Source: Podarcis liolepis
Taxonomy: Eukaryota
DNA length: 64,000 nt
Assembly: GCA_965112155.1 (NCBI GenBank)
Contig: OZ218108.1
Strand: one strand, 5' to 3'
Shown: positions 40,606 through 52,890 of the stretch, in pieces
How the letters are laid out: each line of letters starts with the position of its first letter
Position numbering within the stretch: position 1 is the stretch's first letter
The notes under the pieces: model-generated
Database searches by the model: none
Told to the model about the DNA's origin: nothing
Seen by the model: the letters and a program-made list of their open reading frames with translations, nothing else
Position numbers and translations under genes: made by a program

Positions 40606-40731
40606 CAGTGGTACCTCAGGTTAAGAACACGATTTCTGTTCTCATCCTGAAGCAAAGTTCTTAACCCGAGGCACTATTTCTGGGTTAGCAGAGTCTGTAA
40701 CCTGAAGTGTATGGAACCCGAGGTACCGCTG
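40606..40731. mobile_element. Internally deleted Tc1/mariner-type MITE (cagtggtacctc family)
   Basis: TA-cagtggtacctcagg...gaggtaccgctg-TA. Confidence 0.85.
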
Positions 40732-43554
40732 TATTTATATCCACCTTTTTACTCCCAAGGGCTGCTTGCAAATAAACAATGATGCCAAGGAAAAGGGTTC
40801 TGCAAGTATTGTCAAGCGATCAAAATCAGCAACGAATGGCTGCTTTAAGGTGAAAAAATAAACTGCCCACATTCTCACTGCAGACCCTTCTTGTCTTGTG
40901 CCATTAGGCATTTGCTTGCCATATAGAGAGGTTCCTATTCTGCTTTGATTGCCTGGCAAAACCACAAGACGTTTACTTTAGACATCTTACTTTTTCATAC
41001 ATTGGGGGAGAGGTGGTTCTGTAATGACTTCATTCCCCCTCAGATGAGTTGAGAGCTCAGTCTGATGCCTTGGCAGCCCCCTGAAATATGTGTCGTTTAA
41101 AGATTAGTTTTCTTTCCCCTTCCTCTGAAATGTTAGTAAGAGAGAGAGGGGGGTTATTGAGAAATACCAAAGCATTTTCTAGCCAAAGGGTTCTGAGGGC
41201 TTTATTTTTATGAACGGATCTATTTTAAGACAAAGCTCAAACAGAGCACATTGTCTGTCCTATTACTTTCCCATGTGCTGGCACGTGGGGGGGGGTTCAG
41301 CAGGGAAGCAAAGGATGTTGTTAGGTTAAAAAGCTCACCTTGGCAGACATGTGCAGAGCTTTTCTTCCACAACATCATCCTGTTTAACCCCCCCCCCCCC
41401 GAAGGGACTTAGGAGCCATTTGGCATGACAGCAAGGAGTCAGCGCAGTGTTTATCATTGTATTGTGATGTGCAGGCACCACTAATTCTGTGTCACTCTGC
41501 ATTAGTGTCATATCTAGCAGGTTTTTATTCTCAGCTTAAATCAGAGTAGAAATCAGAGTGCACTTGATCCACGTGCCTTGGCCATATATGAATGAAGCAC
41601 GAAAGTGGAACAATGTGATGTGCAAGCTGAATGAGCCCAGGAATTCTGCCTCCTGCCTCTTTCCCAACATGCTGCCCTCCCATTTAAGTGAATGGCATAA
41701 GTCTCAATGAGTTAGCAAGGCTCTCTGCATTTTACAAGGGATTAAACACGTGCCAATTTTTATGAAAGAGCTGCTCTGGATTTGTGGATGTTTTATGAAT
41801 GGAAGTCTAGGATCGTCTCAAATGCAGCCATGGGCATATTCTCTTTTGTCCCTGAACTGTGAAGAGCAAGTCAATTTTATGAATAAACAGAAGGATATTC
41901 CTTTCCTTCTGATACATTGGCTAACGGACCTGACTTTGAGGGACTTGCCAATGTTTGTCTGAAGATCTGCCATGGATGTCTGTAAGGGTTAGGGTTAGGG
42001 TTAGGACTCATGTTTGCGATGCATAGTTTTGCTGGAAACTCATAGACTTCCTACAACAAAACTTAGTTCATGTCTTATGGGAGCAATGTCCGTCCACAGT
42101 AAAGTCTGGAATAGTCCATGCTGCATTTGTGGGTTTTCTCAAAGCACTCGCTGTTCCTGTGAATGTAATATGCTTGAACTGTTTTTAATTCTGAACTTCA
42201 AAACTGTGGTAACTCACCTTTTGACCTGCTGGTGAATACATTTAATAAAAATAATAAAAATAATACTTTGCACAGAGGCACTTGGAGGGACTTTCACAGA
42301 TCTCCCCCATCAGTGGAAGATGCAAGGACAGCAGAGAGAGCTTTGCTTGGGGGATCAGGCTTAGGAGCTAGAAGGAACTGAGTGGCTTGCACACACGTTG
42401 TGTGGGTGGAGAGGAATGGGCATAGGAATCGTCAGCCTGCACCACCACATTAAAAAGTGGGAGGCTGGGATGGAGACAGAATGCTTTGCGCATTTGTGCC
42501 ATGCAGAGGGAAAGGAAACCAGACCGCTGGGCTGGGCTGATCAGATGTAAGCGGCGCAGGAACAAGTGAATCACTGCTAACCTCTAGTTTCAAACATTCT
42601 GATAATGAAAGGGTTGGGGCTTTTGTGACTGCCATTTAATTCATACATAAACATGAAACTGAAAGAGATCTAATAATAGTAATGAAGGGATGCTACCAGC
42701 AGCAGTTTTCGTGGCATAATTGCCCCACTGGCAGAGCAAAAGGCAGCATCTCTCCGGCTTTTTCTTAACTGCATAAAAGGCCCAGTGGAACGGGGATCGG
42801 CTATTGCTAACCTAACAGAGAGAGCAGCTGTGGCTTTAGAATCCTGCCATTAAGATACCCGTTTGTAGTATGGAATTGCTTACAGCCATTGCACGTTACT
42901 GTAGTTGTCCATTGGCACCAAAAGTGGCGACGGCAGGATTCAGGGGGAAACATTTTAGAACATTTGCAGAGCTTTGAAACTGCCAGCAGGACAAAGTCAG
43001 CCTCACAGATTTGAGTCTTTAGTAGGCTTATTATACAGGTACAGGATAAAATTGCACATCCCTGCTACGATGAGGGCTGTGAGCTCTCTATTGAAGACAG
43101 GCACCAGCCCTTCAATGTGAGAAGAGGAGGCTGCACGAGATGGGCCTTTGGCCTAATCCAGCACAGCTCTTCTTAAGACACTATACATTTCAAGCAGATG
43201 GCTTCCTCCATAATCCTGGGAGCTGTAGTTTGCTACAGGTGCTGGAAACTGCCATTCTGGTAGCAAACTACAGTTCCCAAAATTCTTTCTGGGAAGCCAT
43301 GAGCTTGAAATTTATGGCATGGATGTGACCAGTGCTGGCAAATGGTACAATTTAGTTTTCAGCCAGGGTCAGGGCCATCCCAGCTCTGCTGACTTCTTTG
43401 TTGCTGTGCTTTACTAGATTATCATTTAATCTGTTGCTTGCTACCCAAAAGATCCCCAGCCATTTTACAACCTCTTTGAAACTTGAAAATAAATTTAAAA
43501 GTGCATGATGTTATACAAGCACCATCTCACAAAAAGTCATGCATGCAGTTCATG

Positions 43555-43555
<1 letters not shown>

Positions 43556-43612
<57 letters not shown>
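43556..43612. repeat. (CA)n microsatellite
   Basis: Seen directly. Confidence 0.97.
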
Positions 43613-43614
<2 letters not shown>

Positions 43615-43682
43615 CAGCAGAATACTAAACTTCAGCAGTGCACCAACAACAGACAATATCATTGCAGCCCATCAAGAGTCAA

Positions 43683-43850
43683 CATAGTCCATAAATTCAT
43701 AGAATTGGAAGGGACCCCAAGGGCCATCTGGCCAGCTCCTTGCGATGCAGGAATCACGGCTAAAGAATCCCTGACAGATGGCCAACCAACCTCTGTTTAA
43801 AAAGCCTCCAAAGAAGGAGAGTCCCTTCCGCTGTTGAACAGTTCTTGCCA
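43683..43850 (-). mobile_element. CR1 LINE 3' end
   Basis: catagaattggaagggacc...tgcaggaatcac...cctccaaagaaggagagtc, similar to 55844-56020. Confidence 0.75.
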
Positions 43851-44875
43851 TCACTAGGGAGAGCATTCCACAAATGGGGAGCCGCAGCTGAAAAGGGATG
43901 GTGCTCAGTTATATAAGGAAAGCTGCAGAGTTGCAGATGTTCTGCAAGAAGTTGTTTATGACAAAAGGCACACCCTGAATAAAAGCATTTACATGAAAAA
44001 TGGAACGGAGAAAACTGCAAAATGCAGCTGAGAACAACCAGGTGGTGTTTGTTTGTTTCCTTCTTTCTGTCTATCATATTTAAAGCACACATGTGCCCCC
44101 AAAGATGCATGGAAACTGTAGTTTACCCCCACAGAGCTACAACTCCCAGCACCCTCCACAAACTAGAGTTCCCAGGATGAGTGCACTTTATATGCGCTTT
44201 AAATGTGTGGTGCGTGCACAGCTGAAACAGCCAGCAGAGCTTTGCTTTGACCTTGTTATGTGGTCCAGAAATCTATTTCTTCTTCTCTCACACTCTCCAT
44301 AAAATCTGCATTATGCGCCTGACTTTGAAAAGGTCAGTTTGATCAAAGGTAATAATGGCAGGTGCCCATGTTGGTACACAGATGCCAAAAGCGATTACTG
44401 CCTTCTGCAAGATAATAGGGAGCAGTTTTCCCCCCATCATATGTAGCAGGTTCTTTTAAATTACTGGCTTCTTGTATCTTGTCTCAGCTGGCCTTAAACC
44501 CCAAGAGTCTGACTGTGTGGAACTACTTTTTCTCCCCTTGCTTCTGTTCTTGGGCTTCTGCCAGCCTTGTACTTGGAGCTGCTGGGTCACTGAGCAGTTT
44601 CCCTGTGGGACAATTGCTGGTAGGTTTCCCAATCATCATTTTGCCCAGATGGGCTGCTGGCAGAGGTTCCCATAGCAGGTCTCCAAGCCTGGGTTTCTCC
44701 CCGGTGTGTCATGCTTTGCCAGCTGGTAAAAAGTACAAGCTCGTTATGACTTAGACCCCCTCCAACCTGACCCTTTGCTGGTTTGTTTGAAAGTAAGATG
44801 AGTTCCGGACTGCCACTGTTTTGCAGGAATGATTGCAAGCACGTGCCAGAAATTTAGGTGTGTTCAATTCAAGCG

Positions 44876-45372
44876 GAATATGACAAACCTAGACAGCATC
44901 TTAAAAAGCAGAGACATCACCTTGCCAACAAAGGTCCGTATAGTTAAAGCTATGGTTTTCCCAGCAGTGATGTATGGAAGTGAGAGCTGGACCATAAAGA
45001 AGGCTGATCGCCGAATATTTGATGCTTTTGAATTATGGTGCTGGAGGAGACTCTTGAGAGTCCCATGGACTGCAAGAAGATCAAACCTCTCCATTCTTAA
45101 GGAAATCAGCCCTGAGTGCTCACTGGAAGGACAGGTCCTGAAGCTGAGACTCCAATATTTTGGCCACCTCATGAGAAGAGAAGACTCCCTGGAAAAGACC
45201 CTGATGTTGGGAAAGATGGAGGGCACAAGGAGAAAGGGACGACAGAGGTTGGATAGTGTTCTCGAAGCTACCAGCATGAGTTTGACCAAACTGCGGGAGG
45301 CAGTGGAAGACAGGAGTGCCTGGAGTGCTCTGGTCCATGGGGTCACGAAGAGTTGGGCACGACTAAATGACG
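44876..45372 (+). mobile_element. BovB (RTE clade) LINE 3' fragment with ORF C-terminus
   Basis: Peptide MTNLDSILKSRDITLPTKVRIVKAMVFP..YGSESWTIKKA..DAFELWCWRRLLRVPWTARRSN..LQYFGHLMRR is the BovB ORF end. Confidence 0.94.
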
Positions 45373-46529
45373 AAGTGCAACAAATCCACTTGAAAAAAAG
45401 ATAAAAGCATGGATTTTTGCAGTTAGGGAAGTGACAGAGAAATGCATTGAAAAGTGTGGGATTAATGGGAAGACATATAAACATCCCACAAGAAATTCAT
45501 TGATATATTGCAAACAGATCAGAATGAATATTCATTAAAGGCTGGAGATGATCTAAACTCTGCATAAGCTTTGTGCAAGTAAATCAAGACGAATGCTCAA
45601 TAAACAGGCTGTCTGGAGGAGCCCATCGTCTCACCAAGTTCACTCCCATTTAAGCAAACGCAATAGGGCTGCAGCCTGCAACGAATTTTCCTTCCCAATA
45701 TAATAGCACGAACGTAATGTTCTGATGGGAGAAGCACCTTCTGATGGGAGAAGTGCTGTAGCCTTGACTACAGTGATCAAATGCAAAAGGGGCGAAGAAT
45801 CCTGCATCTTTAATAATGACACAGAATCATGCATAGCTTTCCTCACTTGCGTATGGTCAAAATTCCAAAGAAGATGCAACAAATGCATTCTCAACATGCT
45901 CAGATGCAAGTGCTCTTTCAGATCTATATGCTAACCACATTAGGTCATGGAACTCAAGGCCAAACCATAATGTGGCCAAACCATATTTTTTAGGCTGAAA
46001 ACACCTCCATTTCCTAGCTGCCTTTGTGAACTGAAATCTGTCTCCCTGCCGCCTCCTTTCACCCTGCTGGCATGTTTTCTTCCTTAGCAAATTCTGCTGG
46101 TTAAAAGGCATCTGTGGTGCAGTTAAGTCATTTAAGGCTCTGGTCTGAAGGAGGCGAGGGTGGGGGCTCCTTGGACGGCCTTGTGTGTTGCTTCAGCACG
46201 GGAGGCCAACCCTGTTGCATCAGGGCGTCCCTTTGGACCTTGTCCTGAATGCAGCCTCAGATTTCTGCCCCAAACTTGCTCCTTGACAGCACCACTCCAA
46301 CACTCCCAACTACAGTACAATAACTGCACTGGCCAGGGATGCCAACTTGAATTGGGGGGCCCCAGGTAAGCCCTGCCATACATAATCACTCACAAGATAT
46401 GCCCCCCATTTGAATGGCAATGCCCATCAACTTTGGGGGAGGGCAGCCCCTCACATATTTTATGGAGGGGCACAAAGGGACCTCAGTCACTTTGAGTTTG
46501 CTACTATGACACAGGCTATTGTGTTGTTG

Positions 46530-46794
46530 TAAACCACAGAGCCTAGGACTTGCTGATCAGAAGGTCGGCGGTTCGAATCCCCGCGACGGGGTGAGCTCCT
46601 GTTGCCCGGTCCCTGCTCCTGCCAACCTAGCAGTTCAAAAGCGTGTCAAAGTGCAAGTAGATAAATAGGTACTGCTCCGGCGGGAAGGTAAACAGTGTTT
46701 CCATGTGCTGCTCTGGTTCGCCAGAAACGGCTTAGTCATGCTGGCCACATGACCCAGAATCTCTACGCCGGCTCTCAGAGTCCCTTTACCTTTT
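46530..46794 (+). mobile_element. Sauria SINE, 5'-truncated and internally deleted
   Basis: taaaccacagagcctagg...ggttcgaatccccgcgacgggg...cctttaccttt. Confidence 0.88.
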
Positions 46795-48199
46795 TACTCT
46801 TAAAATACATCACACACCCCAAGCCCTTTGGCACTGAAGGTTTACAAATTAAAGGGAATCAAGGAATGGAGAGGGGAGGGGAGGAAACACAGGCACTGAT
46901 GTAAGAGCCCCCAAACCCACTTCATCAGACTTGCACCCAGTCCATCCATCCCTCGCACAAATGAGCCTGCTTCGATCGCCCTTCAGATTCTTGCCCGCCA
47001 CTCCACATGCAAATTGTTGTATTTCTAAATCCCCTAAGTACAGGGCAAGGCCTCATGCCTACTTCAAACAAATCACTGGGTTTAAAAGCAGGAATGGGGG
47101 TGGGGGTGGGGTTCATTGTAAATATAGCCAATCAATCCGAAAGTGTGAACTGCCTGTCACAATGCCTGCACAATAACGGTGGTGAATCAGTCTCTCTCTC
47201 TCTCTCCCCCCCCCTCCTTCATGCGCATCTTCAAGCTGAAGGGGGGGGGGGGATTGTGTGATCTTCCAGCTTTGTCTTTGATGACAAAGGCAGAGCAAAG
47301 GATGCTTTTTAGATCTTCGCAACCTACGCTGCACTGGGGATTCTTGAAAAGGAGATGAGATCTTTGGGGAGATGAAAATAAAATTTAAAAGAAGGAGGAG
47401 GAGGAGGAGGAGGAGAGCCCCTCCTTCCTCCCCCCCCCCATGATTATTTGGAACAGCTAAACTAGGCAGAGCGTGCCAAGAATCAAGGGGAAATGGAGAA
47501 GAGGCTTTTTTGCCCTAAAATTCAGGGCCAGAGGAGAAACATCTTCATTAAACAAGGATGAGGATTAAGGGATCAGGGAGCAAGGTATCTGAGCTGCCCC
47601 ACTGGTGCCAGTCACCGTGGACTTTCCACAGACCACTGTGCTGAACCACATTCACCCCCAATCTGGGCCAGGTATAATGCTACTTCTAACTTGATTGCAA
47701 CCTAATACATGTATAATCTCACTTTCCCGCCATTTCTGGAAGTTTACAACCTGTTGAACTGAGCTAAACCTCAAGGTTTCAGCTGCCATGGGGCCGCCTA
47801 CAGGCCCACAAAATAAGCTGGAATTACCGGTATGTTAATTGCTACCAGTATAACTTTGCCAAGAAATTGGAAATCAGTCCCTCCTGATACCTAGTATCAG
47901 TGACTGGCGGAACAAAACCCAGAACATTCTGTTACATGAATAAAGTGACTAATTAGAGACAAATCTTGTCCAAAGGTAAAATGAGGCTGCTGGAAAACTA
48001 CTTCCCAGATGCTGGGATTTAATGTGCATGGAATACAAGACTGCAATCCTGTGCACACCGCTACAGGAGTAAGCCCCTGTTGAACACCATAGGACTTCTC
48101 TAATGCATATAATTCCACCCCAGGGTACTTGAGATTGTGTTGTCCTTGTGGTGCACTGCAAATACATTCATAATATCACAGCTTCAACATCATATATAC

Positions 48200-48403
48200 C
48201 AGGGGTTGCCAACCTTTTCCAGCCGCTGGGCATATTTCTTGTGGGCACCGCATACTTCACAGCCAAGCACACACCACAACCTATTCTATTGACTACAATA
48301 GAATGCTTATTCTGAGCCTGATTCCAGCAAGGGAGACCACTGAGGGTCAGGGAAGGCCTCTCTGCACACATGTGTGCCCATGGGCACCAGGTTGCCGATC
48401 CTG
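48200..48403. mobile_element. hAT-type MITE, degenerate
   Basis: caggggttgccaacc / ggttgccgatcctg termini; imperfect 8-bp TSD atatatac / gcatatac. Confidence 0.55.
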
Positions 48404-48524
48404 GCATATACTAATAACAAATTCTAGTGGCCAAGTGCCCAAGTGAAGAGTTCCTTTGAAACACACTAAAAACTATATCGACCTTTGCACCCGTCTTTTG
48501 GATGTCCTAGGAATGCAGAAGAAT

Positions 48525-48890
48525 AGGTAAAGGTAAAGCGACCCCTGACCATTAGGTCCAGTCGTGACCAACTCTGGGGTTGCGGTGCTCATCTCACTTT
48601 ATTGGCCGAGGGAGCTGCCGTTTGTCCGCAGACAGCTTCCGGGTCATGTGGCCAGCATGACTAAGCTGCTTCTGGCAAAAACAGAGCAGTGCATGGAAAC
48701 GTCATTTACCTTCCCGCCAGAGCAGTACCTATTTATCTACTTGCACTTTGACGTGCTTTCGAACTGCTAGGTTGGCAGGAGCAGGGACCGAGCAACGGGA
48801 GCTCACCCCATCATGGGGATTCGAACTGCCGACCTTCTGATTGGCAAGTCCTAGGCTCTGTGGTTTAACCCACAGCGCCACCCGCGTCCC
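48525..48890 (-). mobile_element. Sauria SINE, full length
   Basis: Same family as 19811-20167; TSD atgcagaagaa (48513-48523 / 48893-48903). Confidence 0.93.
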
Positions 48891-49473
48891 TCATGCAGAA
48901 GAACATGAGTCTGTAAATTAAAACGAAAAGGAAAACCAAACTGACAAGGACCCGAGAGCTTCCACGATGTGAAATATTGAGAGAGATGGAAGGAAGGAGG
49001 CTCCCTTTTCAACACAGCTATTGAAGGGGCTGGAACCCATTCCTCTTTTTGACCACCTTATCCGAAACAAAGATGAACTTCTTTGGGCAGGAAACCCTGC
49101 AGAAGTGGAGCCATCTGGTTCCACTTCTTGTTTCCACGGAACTCAGCCAGCCCAGCTATCTGTAGCAAAGCCCACATCCCTTCTCCCATCACTCAGGCCA
49201 ACATTTGAAGAGGTCTTGCTGCATCATCCAGACACCAAATCCTGCCTTTCTCATCTTCATAGTGCTGCCTGAACCGGTCAGCTGCTGCTCCCTTCTACAG
49301 ATGAAACAGTGAAGAATCCCAGAGACAGACTTGGAGAAAAGCCATACAGAATGGCAATGCTCTACAGCAATTTTTTCTACGGGTCACATTCTCCTCACCG
49401 CTGTCTTCAAGCACCTCTGTCAAAATAACTCATTCATTCCAATCATGGTTTTCCAGCAACAAAGGGGGAAATA

Positions 49474-49699
49474 CAGTGGTACCTCAGGTTACATACGCTT
49501 CAGGTTACAGACTCCGCTAACCCAGAAATAGTGCTTCAGGTTAAGAACTTTGCTTCAGGATAAGAACAAAAATTGGGCTCTGGTGGCACGGCGGCAGCAG
49601 GAGGCCCCATTAGCTAAAGTGGTGCTTCAGGTTAAGAACAGTTTCAGGTTAAGAACGGACGTCCGGAACGAATTAAGTACTTAACCCGAGGTACCACTG
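49474..49699. mobile_element. Tc1/mariner-type MITE (cagtggtacctc family)
   Basis: TIRs plus TA TSD. Confidence 0.9.
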
Positions 49700-49852
49700 T
49701 ACCCTTTGTTTTTCCTAACTGAACCACTGAACCAGAGCCTGAGACAGGGGCAAGCTTAAGTGGTACATTAATCAAAGCTAGATTGATCGGCCCCAGATGG
49801 ATGAGAATGGGTGCCCCTGGCTGCACCCAATGCATGTGTCCACATACACAAA

Positions 49853-49899
49853 AGCGCAAGCGCAAGCGCAAGCGCACACACACACACACACACACACAC
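49853..49899. repeat. Compound microsatellite (AGCGCA)n(CA)n
   Basis: Seen directly. Confidence 0.9.
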
Positions 49900-50544
49900 T
49901 CCATACAGCAGAAGACAAGAGTGCTCAATAAACTAGTACACTCAAAACCCTTTCACTGAGGCTGTATAAAAAGAGTAAGAAGAGCTGTGCCAGGTTGCTT
50001 TCTGCCCAAAATATTGCAGACATCAGCTGCCATCACTCCTAATGCAATCACCTTTCCAGTGACATTCTCATTGCCACCTTCTGCGTTTTCTGTTCAGGTG
50101 CAATTCTAACAAGAAGCAGAACCAATAGCTCCTCTCTAGGTGAGCTGCACAGATGACCTTTGAAGAGATAATGAGGAAGATCCCCGGTTTCCACAGAACT
50201 ATAAAAACAAATTTTGTTCTTCTGCTGAAGGCTATAATCCCTTAAGGACTTATTTGGTCATGGATTGAAATTTGTGAGCTGTGACAGTTCTCTGCTTGCA
50301 CAGCTCATCAAACTTCAGCAAACTTCTGGCTGACACAGTACTTATGAGAAGTGTAAGTACTGAGTCAACAAGATATATGTATGTAGGCCTGATCTCCTTT
50401 ATTGGTTTTGAGGCCTTCATAGTGGTTTCTCATCTTTTCTCATATCTTGTGGGATTTGCATTCATACTGTAACTGATGAAGTATTGAAAGAAATGGAGAC
50501 GATTTATTTTATTCATTACTAGTAAAGAAACAAATGCCAGAGAC

Positions 50545-50875
50545 AGAACATGAGATCATCGTAAGAGCCTGATGGATCTGATGGGGACCTAGTTTGGCAT
50601 CTTGTTCTCGCAGTGGACAGACAGATGCCTGTGGAAGACCTGCAAGCAGGATTTCAGCACAATATCATTCTTCACTTCCTATGGTTTCCAGCAACTGGTA
50701 TTCAGAAGCTTTATTGCTTCTGACCATAGAGGCAGAGCATAGCCATCACGGCTAGCAGCCACTGATAAAACTTATCCTCCATGAATTTGTTCAATCCTCT
50801 TTTCATGCCATCTAATCTGGCGGCCATCGCTGCCTCTTGTGGGAGTGAGTTCCATAGCTTAACTATGTGCTGTGC
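50545..50875 (-). mobile_element. CR1 LINE 3' fragment (second subfamily)
   Basis: ORF 50711-50911 contains VKLWNSLPQE...KRGLNKFMED, a CR1 ORF2 C-terminus; related 3' UTR piece at about 52685-52890. Confidence 0.8.
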
Positions 50876-51987
50876 GAACTTACAATCCACAACATCTGGC
50901 AAGCACCACATTGTCTACCTGTGGATGCATCAGTTCAGCTAATCAGCAAAACAATGGAGCCCTACAAAGGAATCAAAAGCTTGTGCAGTCAAATACCCCT
51001 ATGCGTTAAAAACAAAAAAGCTGGGGTAGGGGAAGCCTGCGAAAAATATGAGAGCACACTTTGCGACATGTGAATTTTACCTCATAAAAATGATATAAAA
51101 AGAAAAGGAGGAGTTGGGGGGGGGGATGTAAAATGAAAGAATCCGTGTTTTTATCAATAATTGCTCAATTGTGGCTCTGGCAATAGTGGGCTGAGTTATC
51201 ATTCCCAGAAACACGCCGTTAGTAAAATGTTTTGATTGAATCCAAGTCACAGTTTGGGGTTCTAAGAATCCACAGCGGTTCCAACATGCAGGAATAGAAT
51301 CCAGGGGGAAATGATTCAGAAGGTTTCTTTGGGACCTTGTCAAGGGTTTGTTGTTTTTTTTTTACATGCCGTGGAAAGTGCTTTGCTGAGCAGCAGGTGA
51401 ATCATAAGTGCCTGTTTTAAATGTAAGTTCTTGCTAGCCTGTCACATATAAATGAGAAAGTGTGAATTAAGAGGTGAGAGGAAGGGAATGGCAAGGAGAG
51501 ATGGAGGGATCAACACTCTTGAAAAAACAACAGATGACTTGTTGGAGCAGAGAGAGGGAGAGCAAGAGAAAAGGGGGCTTGGAGGGAAATGCTTCAAGAG
51601 CTCAGTATTGTTCAGAGTTTGGGGAAGTAGTCTGTATGCAAGATCTAATCCCCGGATCCAGCAAGTGTTAACATATTAGTCAGGTTAGTTTCCTGACGAG
51701 GTGATCGCCTAGGTGATGGGTCATTAAGAGAACGAAGGAAATGGGCTCTGTGTGAGACGACAAATGGCTGGTGGTCCTCCCTCAGCTTATGGTTGGTTAG
51801 AAGGAAAAGCCAGAGTTGAGTTGCAGTGATGTGGGTCTGAAGAAAAGCAGCAAGCTGGAGAGAGACAGAGCTACGTTTCATTTCTGTTTGAATCAAAGGC
51901 CATGAGAGAAACAAGACCCTTTCGGGGTGTTAATGCTGTGAACCCCTCCATCATAGGCTCAGGTTGTATGTGTAAATAAACCATGTA

Positions 51988-52194
51988 CAGTCATACCTCG
52001 GGTTACAGATGCTTTGGGTTGTGCGATTTCAGGTTGCGCACCGCGCCGAACCCGGAAGTACCAGAACGGGCTACTTCTGGGTTTCGGAGCATGCGCAGAA
52101 GTGCCGATTGCGACCCACGCATGTGCAGACACGGCACTGCGGGTTGCAAACGTGCTTCCCGCACGGATCACGTTCTCAACCCGAGCATCCACTA
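51988..52194. mobile_element. Tc1/mariner-type MITE (sister of 6238-6880)
   Basis: TA-cagtcatacctcgggtt...aacccgagcatccacta-TA. Confidence 0.85.
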
Positions 52195-52369
52195 TATCAT
52201 GAAGATACCACAGTCTCTGCTGTATCTCATTCCAACAGGAAACACGAACTCTAGGTAACAGCCTGGAATTCTGGAATCTTGCACCATTGGGGCGGAAAGC
52301 AATAGTATTCAGAAGCGTCCCTAAAATCCCCAAAGCTGGTAGTTGGACAGCCAATGGCCTGCATACAGG

Positions 52370-52490
52370 TGCAAGGGCTGTGACTTAGGGGCAAAACATC
52401 TGCTTTGCACACAGAGAAGGTCCCAGATTCAATCCCAGTCCTCTCCAGATAGACACGGAAGAGATCCCAGTCTGAAACCCTGGAGAGGCA
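52370..52490 (+). mobile_element. Squam3-type SINE 5' part
   Basis: catctgctttgcac...gaaggtcccagattcaatccc...ctgaaaccctggagag. Confidence 0.7.
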
Positions 52491-52684
52491 TGTGACCAAC
52501 CCAAAGTCAGGTGAGCAGCACAGTTCTGCCAAACCATCTGCTACTACCAGGTTCAATGCCTTGTAGCTTTAGCTAAAAGGTCTGGTAGCATATGGTAGAG
52601 GAAATTCTGGTGTAATGCTACCTGTTAAAGAGGGGCGGCGGTGGCGGCAGCAGCAAACAGTCTGACCTGGTATATTGCAGCTTT

Positions 52685-52890
52685 GAGAACATAAGAAGAG
52701 CCCTGCTGGAACAAGGCAAAAGCCTGGAGACCAGATGCCTACAAGAGGCCTGCAGACAGGACCCGGGTGCAACACCACTCTCCCCACCTGCGATTCCCAG
52801 CAAAAGGCGTTCAAAGGCATACTGCCTCCAACAGTGGAGACAGAATATGACCATTGTGGCTGGTAGCTGTTGGTGGCCTGACCTTTTCTA
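52685..52890 (-). mobile_element. CR1 3' UTR fragment
   Basis: agaacataagaagagccctgctgga...cagatgcct...gcatactgcctc, similar to 50545-50760. Confidence 0.65.

Noticed and set aside
38910-40624. Plus-strand ORFs of 131-160 aa
   Set aside because: Antisense shadows of the GC-rich L2 ORF2.
41985-42005. Interstitial telomeric repeat (TTAGGG)
   Set aside because: Only about 3 units; too short to infer a fusion or telomerase-healed site.
44864-45484. 206-aa minus-strand ORF
   Set aside because: Antisense frame of the BovB fragment; the same peptide appears at 6283-6573.
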